A stretch of DNA of 64,000 nt from Azolla caroliniana (taxonomy: Eukaryota > Plantae > Polypodiophyta). Positions 12,040 to 24,597 of this stretch are shown piece after piece; position 1 is the first letter of the stretch; every line of letters begins with the position of its first letter. The notes beneath the pieces were generated by a model that was not told the origin of the DNA, ran no database searches, and worked only from the letters and a program-made list of their open reading frames with translations. Where the stretch lies: contig JBHGNT010000016.1 in the NCBI GenBank assembly GCA_043228905.1, positions 10,540,001 through 10,604,000 of the forward strand, read 5' to 3'. A program made the translations under genes and the position numbers.

Positions 12040-15000
12040 ATGGCATCAGCATCTGGCTCATCGGAAATGAGTCTAAGGAGGTTCAACGGTTCGAACTTCA
12101 ACTTCTGGAAGGAACAAATGCAGGACTATCTCATAGTCAAGGGTCAGATAGACCCGATTGAGAATGAAAATCCTCTAGAAGCATACAAGCCAAATGAGTG
12201 GCTAAAGCTGGATAGAATCGTCCGCACCACTATTCGGGTGCACTTGTCAGTGTACTTCACAGTGCAATCATGCATGACAACATTTGAACTTTGGAAAACA
12301 TTGTCGAAAACTTACGAAAAGAAGGTTGCCGCAACAAAGACGTGTCTGATCTGGCACCTCTACAATCTACGTATGAAAGAATCTGATTCGGTTCAGGCAC
12401 ACCTCAACGAGTACAAAAGCATAAGCTCCCAAATTTCGTCTTAGGGGACGGCAATCGAGGATGAACTCAGAGCAATGATACTCATGAGTAGCATCCCCTC
12501 TTCATGGGAAACTTTCGTTACAACCGTGCGGAATGTTTCAACATCCGCCGTTAAGTGCTCCGAAGTCACGAGCACAATCCTGACTGAAGAAACTTGGACA
12601 AAGTCTTTCGTCAAAGACTCGGTAGATGAAGCTTACATAGTACAAGGTTCAACTGACCGATCGAACAACCGAGGAAGAAGTTCTTCCTGACCGCCGAACA
12701 ATCAGCGAAGCCTGAGCAAGTCCCGGGACAACCGAATCTACAACTACTACAAGAAACCGGGACACATCAAAGCCGACTACCAAGCACTCAGAGCAAGAAC
12801 TGACAAAGCTCAGAGAGAGGATCAGAAGAGTAGCCGGCATGAGGAGGTCAACTACATTGGCTCTTCAGCCGAAATATTGACGACCGACCCGAACATACTG
12901 TCCATAGAGAACCCAATCGAATCAGAAGTTCTACTTACGACTGAGGAATCGAGCACATGACTCCTAGACTCGGGGGCATCGTATCATGTTACACCTCACC
13001 GATCTCAGTTTCGGCAATATTCGGACCAGCACTCCGACTCAGTTCTAGTCGGAAACTCGCAACATTGTGCTATAATCGTAATCAGCACCGTAGAGCTCAA
13101 CATTCCGGGGGGCTTTACACTCAGGCTACACAACATCTGACACGTTCCTGAGCTCTCAAGACCCTTGATCTCAGTCGGAAAACTTGATGAAGCCGGCATC
13201 CGTGCCGGATTCTCATCAGGAGGGTGGACACTCCACAAAGGGAACCTCCTGCTTGCTCGAGGACCAAAGGTCCATTCCTTGTGTCCTTTATATGTCACAC
13301 TCAAAGAGGGTGACTTATTTTTTGTTGATATCCTCCTGTCATCGTTATGGCACAGACGACTTGGACACCTCAGCAAGGCCGACATAACACACCTATCCAT
13401 AGTCGGTTACATCCCCAAACTCTCCTTCTCGGATCACCAATTCTGCAAGCATTGCCAGTACGGCAAATAGGTAGCCACATCACACCCGACATCAACACCA
13501 AGAGAATCGAGTCTCTCGGCAGTGCTTCGTACTTCGTCAGTTTTATTGACGACTCGACTCGGAAGGTGTGGGCTTACCCCATCAGAACCAAAGATCGGGT
13601 GTTCTCGATCTTCTCCGAATGGCTTGCAATGGTCGAAAATCAGACCGGTAAGAAACTGAAATGTCTTCGAACCGACAATGGAGGAGAATTCCAGTCTAAA
13701 GAATTCGTGAAATATTGTCAGGAACACGGCATTCAACGTGAATATACGGCACCCTATAGTCCGGAGCAGAACGGAATTGTTGAACGCATGAATCAGACGA
13801 TTCAAGAATGCATAGTATCCATGCTCCAACACTCCGGACTGTCGGATGGGCTCTGGGCGGAGGTTCTACTTACGGCAGTACACATAATAAATATGTTGCC
13901 AAGTAGACCTCTAGGACTTCAAATGCCTCAGGAAATATGGACTGGTAGTAAGCCAAATTATGACAAACTGAGGATCTTCGGTTGCGAGGCGTATGCTCTC
14001 ATACCGAAAGACGACCGCCGGAAACTCGAACCAAGGTCAAGGAAATGTGTTTTTCTTGGATATGGACCTGACGGCAAGATCGGATACCGACACTAGGACC
14101 CCGAGCACAGACAAATCGTTCGAAGTTCGGACGTCGTGTTCAACGAGTCGGGTATGCATAAAACGGCCCGAAGATCCGAAGCGTAATATTTTCCGAAGTG
14201 CCAACCCTTCATGACGGCCCAGCCCACAACACGAGATCAATCTCACGGGTAACCAACAACTCTCGAACCGAATCCATCGATTTGGCACAACCGAATGGCT
14301 CGGCTCCCAACCATCCGACATTGACACCCGGTGCGACTAGTCCAGTCATACCTCGGAGATCCAAGAGACTATCGCAACCTCTGGAGAGATACTCTCCCAG
14401 AATTTTCCTTACCAACGTCTTACGAAGAAGCATCGACATCTACCGATTCAGCCACATGGCATCTGGCGATGGAGTCGGAAATGTACTCCATTCGAGCAAA
14501 CAAGACTTGGGACTTGGTTGAATTACCAAAGAATTGGCGTGCTCTTCCGTGTAAGTGGGTCTATCGACTAAAAGAGATGTCCGACTCGACCACCCCAAAG
14601 TACAAGGCCAGATTAGTTGTGAAGGGATTTCGACAAAAATATGGCGTCGACTTCGACGAAATCTTTTCACCAGTGGTGAAAATGACGACCCTTCGTTTCA
14701 TGCTCGACGTCGTTGGACGCCGACAACTTGGAGCTGATTCAGCTAGATGTGAAAACAACATTCCTCCACGGTGACCTACAGGAGAAAATCTATATGGAGC
14801 AGCCCGAAAGGCTTTGTTGCATCCGGCTAGGAACATCTAGTCTGTCGACTCAAGAAGAGTCTCTACGGCCTGAAACAGGCACCCCGACAGTGGTACAAGA
14901 AGTTCGATGACTTCATCCAATCGGTCGGCTTCTCAAAGAGCAATGAGGACCACTGTCTCTTCACCAAAACAACTCAAGAGGGGTCTCCCATCTTCCTCAT

Positions 15001-15503
15001 CATCTACGTGGACGACATGCTACTCTCCGGTCGGCATGCCGGAGAGCTCATTGAACTCGTTCGGCAACTGCGGTTGAAGTTTGCCATGAAGGACCTCGGT
15101 CCGGCAAGACACATACTTGGTATGAAGATTAGTCGGTATCGCGATACATGACAACTTTTCTTGTCTCAAACCGACTACATCGGATGTGTCTTAGAATGCT
15201 TCAACATGCACTTGGCCAAGTCTACTTCGACCCCACTCCCCATTAACCTTCGGCTGTCTCAGCGAGACTGTCTGACATCCGGTCCGGAGGGGGAAAATAT
15301 GAAGTCAGTACCGTATGCACCAGCAGTCGGCTCCCTCATGTACGTGATGGTCGCGACACGGCCTGATATTTCTCACGCCGTAGGAGTCGTCAGCAGATTC
15401 ATGCACAACCCAGGCTGATCGCACTGGAACACAGTCAAGCATGTGTTCAGATATCTAGCTGGAACAAAAGACCATGGCATTCTTTTCGGCCCGAACTCAA
15501 CCA
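12040..15503 (+). pseudogene. D1 gag-pol, part 1 (gag, PR, integrase, RT)
   Basis: FNGSNFNFWKEQM, LLDSGASYH, LWHRRLGH, LRTDNGGEF, CKWVYRLK, QLDVKTTFLHG, IYVDDML. Confidence 0.93.
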
Positions 15504-15943
15504 TGTTGTCCACCAGGATAGTAACAGACGGACAAAAGCGTAGGAATAAGAAATTATATAAGAGCATAACGCATGTAACGGTTCACGCAGAAAGCGTGAA
15601 CGGCTAAACAGACCCTGCATATATAAAGTTCAGAAAACCTCTGATGGAGGTGTGTGTAATTCTGGGAATGTAAAGAAATGCCTGATAATAGAATTCTATC
15701 TTCTCTGATTCTCTGTGTATAGCTACGGCTAATTTTGTGTGTGTGTCTTGAATACTTAAGTGTTTGAGTATGTAAGTATGACCCCTGATAGGGATTCTGT
15801 TGTAGCCGTCTCCCCTTATACATTGATAGGTTACAGTGGTTCTTCCCTTACGCATTACACTTAAACACCTGTTCGTTGTTCCACACCCACTTTGAGGTCT
15901 AGGTCGAAGGACTGACCGCGGACCGTGTTCCTAAACGGCAACA
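15504..15943 (+). repeat. E1 5' LTR (TATATAAAG at 15620)
   Basis: Direct repeat of 24598-25037. Confidence 0.96.
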
Positions 15944-15947
15944 CTTT

Positions 15948-15961
15948 TGGCACGCTTGGTG
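15948..15961 (+). promoter_or_regulatory. E PBS TGGCACGCTTGGTG, tRNA-Arg(UCU)-like (also at 31947 and 32891)
   Basis: Starts TGG 4 nt after the LTR CA. Complements the plant tRNA-Arg 3' end as I recall it (CACCAGGCGTGCCA) with one G:U pair. Confidence 0.8.
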
Positions 15962-15997
15962 ATCTGTGTTTTCTCACAGACGAGCAGCAACGAATGG

Positions 15998-18900
15998 ATG
16001 TTTAGCCACAGATGACCCAGAGAACCAACACGACAATACCGGCCAATAACAAGGTCCGTCACACGCAAGGCAGAAGACCGCGTACTACAAAAGCCGCGCC
16101 TCAGCGACCCCAGTACTACCTGCCGTGAGTGCAAAGAGGATTCTTCGCTCCCCAAATACCTCGACGAGACATGGGAACCACGCTCACCACAGCCACCCTG
16201 TGGTCTTTCCCGACCCGACGTAGCCTTTGCCTACCCCCGCTGTAACGGCGAAACCGACGCCGCAACTCATATTCGCATGTTCCTAAATGTCTGGAATGCG
16301 AACCACATGGCACAGAATCTCACCGAGACGGTGGCACACCAGTCAAAAATGACGGAGTTTGGATTAACATTAGATGGGTGTGCGGCATTTTGGAATTCAC
16401 AGATGGAATACCAGCTATAACAACCTTCGATCAGCTGCAGTCCGCTTTCTTGCGATTCTTCCATCGGAGGGTTCCACAACGCGAGATTCTCGGGCAGTTT
16501 TATACAATTAAGCAACTGCCGACCGAGATGATAGCGGACTTCAGCTTACGTTTCCAAAATTTACGATGGAAACTAGAACGAAGCCCTGCGGAGGACGAGG
16601 CTCGGGAAACATTTCTGGCGGCTTTACGCCGGTTCTTCCAGGCAACGCTCAACAACAATAGCATGAAAGGGGAAACGGAGGATATGGTAATTGAACGAGC
16701 GTTACGGCTCGAGTTGGATGACGAGGAGGAAAGGTTTTCTATGTCCTCCTTACGACAAGCGTTACCTCAGGACGAGGAACGCCCGTTTCGTCAACCAATC
16801 CAGTGCACAATTTGCTTGAACTCGGGGCATTCCGCAGTGGAGTGCAATATGCGAATCCACTGCCCAATTTGCCACTCGAAGGCTCACACAGTCGACCAAT
16901 GCGAGTACAATATGTTAAACAAGGCCACTCCCGCAGTCCGCAACATGGACACATAGCGTCAACCGCACCAGGCTGAACAAAGGACGCAAGAAGACCGACC
17001 CCGGTATAAGGATCGCAACCCGCGGGAGGACCAGTATAACCGGAATCGCCGGAACTACAACGATTCCGCGGAAGACGACCCAAAGGGCGAGGATTATCGT
17101 GGACATCCGAGTTACGCCAAAGGGGGTCGGCGCTACGAGAATCAACAGCCGACAAACAAAAGGGGCGGCTTCAATGGCTATCGGGGTAAGCCACGACAAT
17201 ATAGGGATCACCGGCGTTATGATGAAAGCTCGGGGGATGAGCGGCACCATGAACAACGACGGGACCAACAACAGCCACCGCGTACGTTCCGACAAACGAG
17301 GCCGGACCGCGAAGAGCAAGTAGCACCAGGGGAGCGGCACGCACCACCTAGAGTCGAGAAGGGAAAATCAAGCATCCATTGTTTTATTTGTCAACAGCCC
17401 GGACATTATGTCACGCAATGCCCAACATGCAAGGGAAAGGGGCCCGCTGTCAATAAGATTATGGCGGAGGTGCAACAAGTCACGACACGCCAGCAAACAA
17501 AAATAGTGGATTGGGTTGCGCAAGACGAGGTATGCCGACAAGCCCAAGCGTGGGTGGAAAAAGCAAACGCGACCAATACGGAACATATGCGGCAGGAGTC
17601 CGCGAACACAATGGAGCGAACAGAGAACGAAAGACCGGGTCCAGACCCCCTTTGGCAAGCGCTAGCAGGCTGTGAAATAACGTTAACCATGGAAAAACTG
17701 CTACAGCTAGTTCCACGCTTCTGCCAGACCATGGAAGAACGGGTGTCGGGCATACCCGGGGAAAGGGTCGCCACAAACCTGACAGACGTCAGCGATGGAC
17801 CGTCGGTGGTGGATCAGCACAACCCGGCTATTACAGTAATAATGCACAGACAGGAAGTTGTTGGATGCGTAATCGACGGCGGCTCAGGCGTCAATGTAAT
17901 TAGCGCGAAAACTTGCGAGCAGTTAGGCATTTCAGAATGGGAGGCGTGTCCATTCTAGCTCCCCATGGCAGATACCCGCTCAATGCGACCGTTGGGGTTA
18001 ATTCACTAAATAGGCATCATCGTGGGCGGACACTGCTTCGACATCTCGGCGGTCGTCCTCTCTTTGGACGCCCCAGGAGCGTACCCGGTGCTTCTGGGCA
18101 GGCCCTGGCTTCAGACAGAAAATATCAAGCAGAGCTGGCAACACGAGTGTATCAGTTTCTAGCATGGACGCACCAAGGTTCGAGTACCGACAGAAGGCAG
18201 CACGCCGCAACGTAAGGGTATAACACCGTTATACGCGGAGGACATAAATATGCTGACCGGGGTAGAGGATGCAGAATTGGAGGCGTACCTCGACGAACAC
18301 CCTCGGATTATTCCGCTGTTTGAAATAGATGTCATCCCAACCGCGGCAGAATATTCTACAACCACTATTCCCCACGACGAGCCTTACGCACCAAACCTAG
18401 AGTCCATATTGGAACTCAGCAGAGCACGGGCGACGTTCGAAAGGGAAATGGAGATTTCACGACGAGTCACTGCTTCTGCCCTCGAAGAAGTAAATGTGGG
18501 TACAGAATCAGAGCCCCGGTTCCTCTCCATCGCAAAGGAATTAAGGCCAGACCAGAGAGTCACGATGATCGCACTACTCACGGAATATAAAGATGTGTTC
18601 ACTTGGGCTCCCGAGGACATGAAGGGGTTAGATCCCAAGTTCTATCAACATAAGATCAATTTAGCAACTAACGCGAAACCCGTCCAGCAGCGCCACTACC
18701 GCATGAACCCCAATTATGCGACCTGCGTGAAAGAAGAAATTGACAAGCTCCAGAAGACGGGGTTCATACGACCAGTTAAATAAGGGACATGGCTACGCCC
18801 GATAGTGGTCGTCCCAAAGAAAAACGGCAAAATACGGGTATGCGTAGATTACCGAAAATTAAACGTCGTAACCATTACGAACGCATTTCCCTTACCCTTC

Positions 18901-21334
18901 ACCGATAGCGTGCAGGACGCCATCGCAAGCCATGAGATGTACAGATTCGTAGATGGCTTTAGTGGCTATAACCAAGTACGCATGCATCCCAAGGACCAGG
19001 AGAACACGGCGTTTGTCACGGACTGGGGAGTATATGTGGCAGTCATCATTATGTTCGGGCTAAAGACAGCGCCGGCAACATTTCAACGAACGATTATGAA
19101 GATCTTTGGGGAATACATCCTGTCGTTCATGCAAGTTTTTCTAGACGAATTTGCGGTATATGGGAAAACAATAGACCATTTTACCCACTTACAACTGTGC
19201 CTGGAACGATGCCGCACCGCACGCTTAAGCCTAAATCCTGCGAAATGTGCCTTCGACATGATCAACCGGACTCTCCTAGGCCACATAGTCAGCTAGGAGG
19301 GAATAGCGGTCGACCCAAACAAGATCTCCGTGATTACGCAAGCCAAAACTCCGACAAACGCCAAATCGCTTAGCCGATTTTTGGGACAAATACGGTGGCA
19401 TAGTCGGATAATATGATATTTGGCGGACTTCGCCACGCCGCTACACGCTGTCGTACATCGGACTCCGTTCCAATGGACTACAATGGAGGATAAGGCCTAT
19501 GAGGCACTTAAGATAATGCTCACACAGGCTCCCATCGTACAACCACCAGTTTGCGCGAAGCCATTCCATGTGTTCGTCGACGCCTCGGACATAGCAATAG
19601 GAAGCGCACTAATGCAGCTCACCGAACCAAACTGGTACAGGCTAGTATACTACGCAAGTCGTAAATTGTCAGTAGCGGAGCGTAACTATTCCACAACAGA
19701 GCGGGAGGAGCTAGGGATGATATATAGCATCAATAAATTCCGACACTATTTATTAGGAAGGAAATTCACGTCCACGTGGATCATTCGGCACTAATGTATT
19801 TGGTGGAGAAACAAGCTCTGACAGGGAAATTGGCGCGGTGGATGCTGCTACTCCAGGAATTCGATTTCATAATTCAACACCGACTAGGGACGCAACACGC
19901 AGTGGCGGATTTTCTGAGTAGACTAGAGAATGGAGAAACAGTACAGAAAGACGACGACAATTTTACGGACCCCGACATCCTACGAGTAGCGACACTTGCT
20001 GAAAAAACGGAATCGACCTTTCCGGACCGGTGGCTTATGGAAATGACGTACTTTTTAATTACAGGACTGCCTCCACCACAATTACACACGGACGAGAAAA
20101 AACGACTAGCCGTCCGAAGCCGTCACTTCTGCCCCGTCGAAGGCGTTTTATATCACAAAGGAAGTGACAGCATTTGGCGACGTGGGGTCCGTCAAGAGTA
20201 GAAGGAAGCAGTTTTACGGGAGGCACACTGTGGCATGGTAGGAGGCCTGGAAAGTATGGCAAGCGGTCTTCTGGTGGCCAACAACGCAGAAGGACGCATC
20301 CGAGTATTGTAGAAAGTGTGATTTGTGTCAACGGATGGGTCAGCCCGCGGAGGACGCAAGGATGCCACACCAGCCCGTATTACCGCTAGACCCCTTCCAA
20401 AAGTGGGGATTGGATTTTGTAGGGCCCTTCACACCAGTACTGGCCCGTACGGGCAATAAATACATATTGGTAGCCACGGATTACTGCAAAATACATATTG
20501 GTAGCCAAATGTGTAGAAGCAAAGGCACTACGTGAAAATATGGCGGCAGTCACAGCCAGATTCCTTTACGAGCACATCTGGTGCCGGTTCGGCTGTTTGA
20601 TTGAACTCATCAGTGACCAGGGGAGTCACTTTCTCAATACGGTGGTTCGGGAACTAACACAACATTACGCCATAGTCCATAAGAAGAGCACGCCATATTA
20701 TCCGCATGCGAATGTATTAGCAGAATCCACCAACAAGACATTAGAGACCATTTTGAAGAAAACTGTCAATGAAAATAGAACGGACTGGGATACTAAACTA
20801 TAGAGTGCGTTATGGGCATACAAAACTAGCTACAAAACAAGCATACAGTCAACACCGTTCCGACTAGCGTTTGGACTAGAGGCTGTGATGCCGGTTGAAT
20901 TTCAGGTACCTAGTTTGCGCATTCAGGTACGGAACCGATTAGCAGAAGCCAAGTCGGAGGAGGTACGGCTCTACCAGCTCCTCGAACTAGGGGAAAAACG
21001 TGTCCACAACATGGCAGTGTTGGAACAGGAATAGCGACGGCGTAAAGCGTTTGTGGATCGACATCGGAACGCAAGGGAAAAGGAGGTCACCGTGGGCCGA
21101 GCGGTGCTAGTTTTTCAAACGTGCATGGGCCATATGCCGGGGAAGTTACGTTTCCGCTGGACCGGCCCATATTGGATAATTGGAGTGGAACAAGGCACAT
21201 TCCTACTAGGAACGCTGGCTAGAGAAGTAGTATGGCAAAAGGTGAATGGGTTTCAGCTCAAACCTTACCTGGGCCCTACGCCACCTAACCCATTCACCGC
21301 CGAACAGGACAGAGTCGGAGAACCCGCAGCGTAA
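15998..21334 (+). pseudogene. E1 gag-pol (largely one frame; point stops and late frameshifts)
   Basis: Three CCHC knuckles; PR IDGGSGVN; RT RVCVDYRKLN and QVFLDEF; RH VFVDASD; INT WGLDFVGP, ISDQGSHF, WTGPY. Confidence 0.94.
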
Positions 21335-21478
21335 ACTGGACAGCCCCACTTGTACTATAATGTAAAAATAGGTTGTAAATAACCGTTAGGAAAAAAAAAA
21401 AAAAAAGGAGAAGATAGCGACTATTAAAACGACTAAAGGCATGCACAAACTCCTAGTTCAAGAATACGTGGCACCACG

Positions 21479-24400
21479 ATGGCTCACCGCCCAATGAACC
21501 ATAAGCCACAAAAAGAAGGAAACAGAAGATATTCTGCACAAAGCAGAAACCCATCTTCTAGCTATCAACACCCCTATCGCTCCTCTCCCTCACCTTCTCC
21601 CCCATCCTATCTCAGAGCTCCAACTCACCACAACCAACTGTCTCCTCCCCACGAACATACTCTAGCAATGCCGATCTTCATCTCTACTACCCTACGCCAA
21701 TGGCTCGTGGAGAAACGCCTGGATGGTTACATTCGGGTCGCAGAAGCACCTCCGCACCCGGATGCCATGGACATCGTCAGGAAGCTTAACATCAACATGG
21801 TCACCAACTCTTCCATCCGAAAGAACTTGGACCTATCCTCACTTGGCGGAAGACATTTCGAAATACCTCCTGCAGAGGCGCTGCAACGGTATTTTGGGCC
21901 ATATTCCTCCTCCGCCAAGGCCTATACTATAGAACAAAACAGATTCTGGATCCCTTCTTCCGTGAAGTTGCCAAGTTCCTGTTAGAAGTCGGTTGTGTAC
22001 ATGTCAACGTATATGGGATGCCTAAGCAGAAGGCGGGCATCATTATCGATACCTTTGAAGGGTGTGTCGTCGACTAGGGGGTCATCACAGGGCCAACGTT
22101 AAGGGAAGGCTTGCATGCGTACCAAGCAGGCAAAAAGCTCAGGCTGATCATCCAACAATACCTTACGGTACTATTTCCACCTCGAGGCTTGCCAGCACCG
22201 CAGCCCAGCCAACCCATGGCCCCGCCCCGATCCGCGAAGCGCAGGTTAGCGGAGTTATCGACCCTAGAGTGGGAAGAGGAACCCCAACCGGCCCAGCCAG
22301 ACCCAAGGACACCACCTCCTACCGACCAGCCGGACACATAGACAACGCAGGAGGTACAACCGAGACGTTCCATGGAAGCATGCCCAGAACCAGACACCGA
22401 AACACGGCGGGAAAGCCCTAGAACAAAACGGCGCAGATTGGACAGGAAAAGATGGGCAAGGATTGGTAAATAACGCCCCCACGACAATGGAGACACCATT
22501 CGAAGGCGAAGGCTCCGTAGCAGCGGAACCCAATACCACCTTCGAAATCGTCCGGGAGCCACGACCGATTATTACAACCCAGTCCCAACGAGGGAAAGCC
22601 GTATTGATGGCGGAAAGCAAGGTTTTCGCATATCCGGATATCCCGGATACGGCCCACGAGTTCAGCGCCCTCTTGTAGTTCGGTACTTCTTTTGAGCTCA
22701 TAGAGTTCCTGGCAACGCAACAGGTCAAAGCCGCCCAACGAATGGCTGAAGAGCATGCGGAACGCAAGATGATCGAGCGCGCCCTAACACAAACAACGGA
22801 GAGTGACGATGAGGACCGGCTAGCCAGGGTCGGCAGACAGAGGAACGTCGGGGTACGCCGAGTGGGGATGGAGATACCGCCCTTAAACACAGCCCTAGTC
22901 AAAGTCCATCGGGAACTGGCAAAGGTCAGCACGGGCGCCAAGGAGATGGCCATAAAAAATAAGACTGTCTGGAAGAAGGTTAAACTGACCCAAGTCGAAC
23001 TGCAAAAAGCCAACACACGCATCGTGGAGTTCGAAGCTCGCGCGACTACAGCACAACACGCAACCCCACCACCAAACCACGTCATCAACGCTCTAAAAGA
23101 AGAAATCGAGGCTCAGACCGCCATCGCCTCAAAAGCAAAAAGGGCCGTGCAACTAGCGGAATCAGAAATTGACCGCCTTCGAGCAGAACTACGCCAATCC
23201 TCAGAAAGAGAAAAGGAGATACGGGCTAATGGACGGAAGGCAGTAAAAACTCTTGAAGAGAAACTCGCTACGGAGGTAGGTCAACACATCCGGACAAAAG
23301 ACGACAATTACGAGAGGACGTGAAAAAATCGGAGGCGGCAATAGCAGGACTTCGGGCCTTATTAGAAAAAAAGAAGGTGTGGTTCGATGAGCAATTGGTA
23401 GTCGAACAAGACAGAAGACATCAGCTTGAAATCCGCCTAAACAATGAAATGGGGAAATTAGAGGAACAACATGCAAAGGAATCCCAGTTGTGGGCAGGCC
23501 TGAAGGCCACGTTTGAGGAAGCGGTAGTGGTTAAACAACAGGAAATCGCAAATCTCCAGAAGTCAATGGAAGCTGCATACAACCGTTGCCAGGCCATCAC
23601 ACATAACGTGCGGATCCTTCTCCAAACAAATCGGGAGAGGTTCATAGCGCAATTGAAAATGACGTTGGACAAAGGATGGATGGCGTGGGTGACCCAAGCA
23701 GCAGAATTGCACGCGTATCGTGCGGACAGGGAGAGCCGGCGAAAAGACGGTCGAGGTTTCTATAAACTAAATGAGGAGAGCCGAAGAGCTCACACAGCTC
23801 TTAGATGATTTTGGTGAAAGTCAGGAGGAGCTATTTCACCAGATCACACAAACCGGCAACACGCGCACAAACGAGGAACCCAGCACGACGCCAATTCTGG
23901 GCACAACCGAAGAAGAGGAACCTCAGGCCCGATCACCAGAGGTGAAAACGATGGAGAATAGCGGGGACCGACGAGCGGAGTTCCCCACAGGACCAGACAT
24001 CGAAACCACTACACAACAAGAGGTCCAGCCGCACGAGCCCACACTATTATCAGACCACGCGGAGAACGGTGCGGACCAGGTGGAATCTCTACCCCACTCC
24101 CACAAACATACAAAAACGGTCGACACCACGGAGGATGTAAAAATGGAGGCAGAGCCGCAGCCGCCTGCCAGACATCGAAACCACTACACAACAAGAGGTC
24201 CAGCCGCACGAGCCCACACTATTATCAGACCACGCGGAGAACGGTGCGGACCAGGTGGAATCTCTGCCCCACTCCCACAAACATACAAAAACGGTCGACA
24301 CCACGGAGGATGTAAAAATGGAGGCAGAGCCGCAGCCGCCTGCAAGCACGACAACGGCGGAGCCCAACCCAATAACTCAAGAAGAGCCCATTGTACCCGA

Positions 24401-24550
24401 ACCACCCACACACGGCGACGGCGACTCCAGGAGAAACCAGCCCGACCAAACAGAGGAGCCACACCACGATGCACCTATGGGCCCTACATCACCTCCGGAT
24501 GAGGACACCACAACAGAGCCAACATCTAGGCCATTTTGGAAGAGGATTAA
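21479..24550 (+). pseudogene. E1 accessory ORF 3' of pol (~1000 codons, decayed)
   Basis: Starts MAHRPMN in both E1 and E3; conserved core domain, coiled-coil-like middle, acidic P/T/E-rich tail ending (R)AILEED*. Confidence 0.8.
23993..24342 (+). repeat. 175-bp near-identical tandem duplication in the E1 accessory ORF
   Basis: CCAGACATCGAAACC at 23993 and 24168; single copy in E3. Confidence 0.92.
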
Positions 24551-24578
24551 CGGGATGAGTCCGACGTGCCAAGGCACT

Positions 24579-24595
24579 GTCCCACATGCGTGCCA
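24579..24595 (+). other. tRNA-Arg 3'-end-like motif in place of a PPT (also 39105-39120 and 53323-53338)
   Basis: GTCCCACATGCGTGCCA, then 2 nt, then the LTR; reverse complement of the PBS core. Confidence 0.8.
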
Positions 24596-24597
24596 AG

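Noticed and set aside
20950-21334. Chromodomain at the integrase C-termini of families A, B and E
   Set aside because: The frames end shortly after the GPY/F motif; no chromodomain signature.
22074-23088. Long antisense ORFs (e.g. 22264-23088, 49191-49916, 56405-57265, 62931-63821) as genes
   Set aside because: They are shadows of GC-rich retroelement coding strands, with no motifs and no evident conservation between copies.
21479-24550. env gene
   Set aside because: No evident signal peptide or transmembrane helix; the protein is hydrophilic and coiled-coil-like.
24538-24555. GGAAGAGGATTAACGGGA as the E-family PPT
   Set aside because: It lies ~45-60 nt from the LTR, is interrupted by pyrimidines and encodes the accessory ORF end (LEED*); a PPT must abut the LTR.
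24520-24597. A complete tRNA gene or a hammerhead ribozyme (GATGAGTCCG) before the E 3' LTR
   Set aside because: No D loop, anticodon arm or GTTCRA T-loop; no CTGATGA plus GAAA catalytic core.
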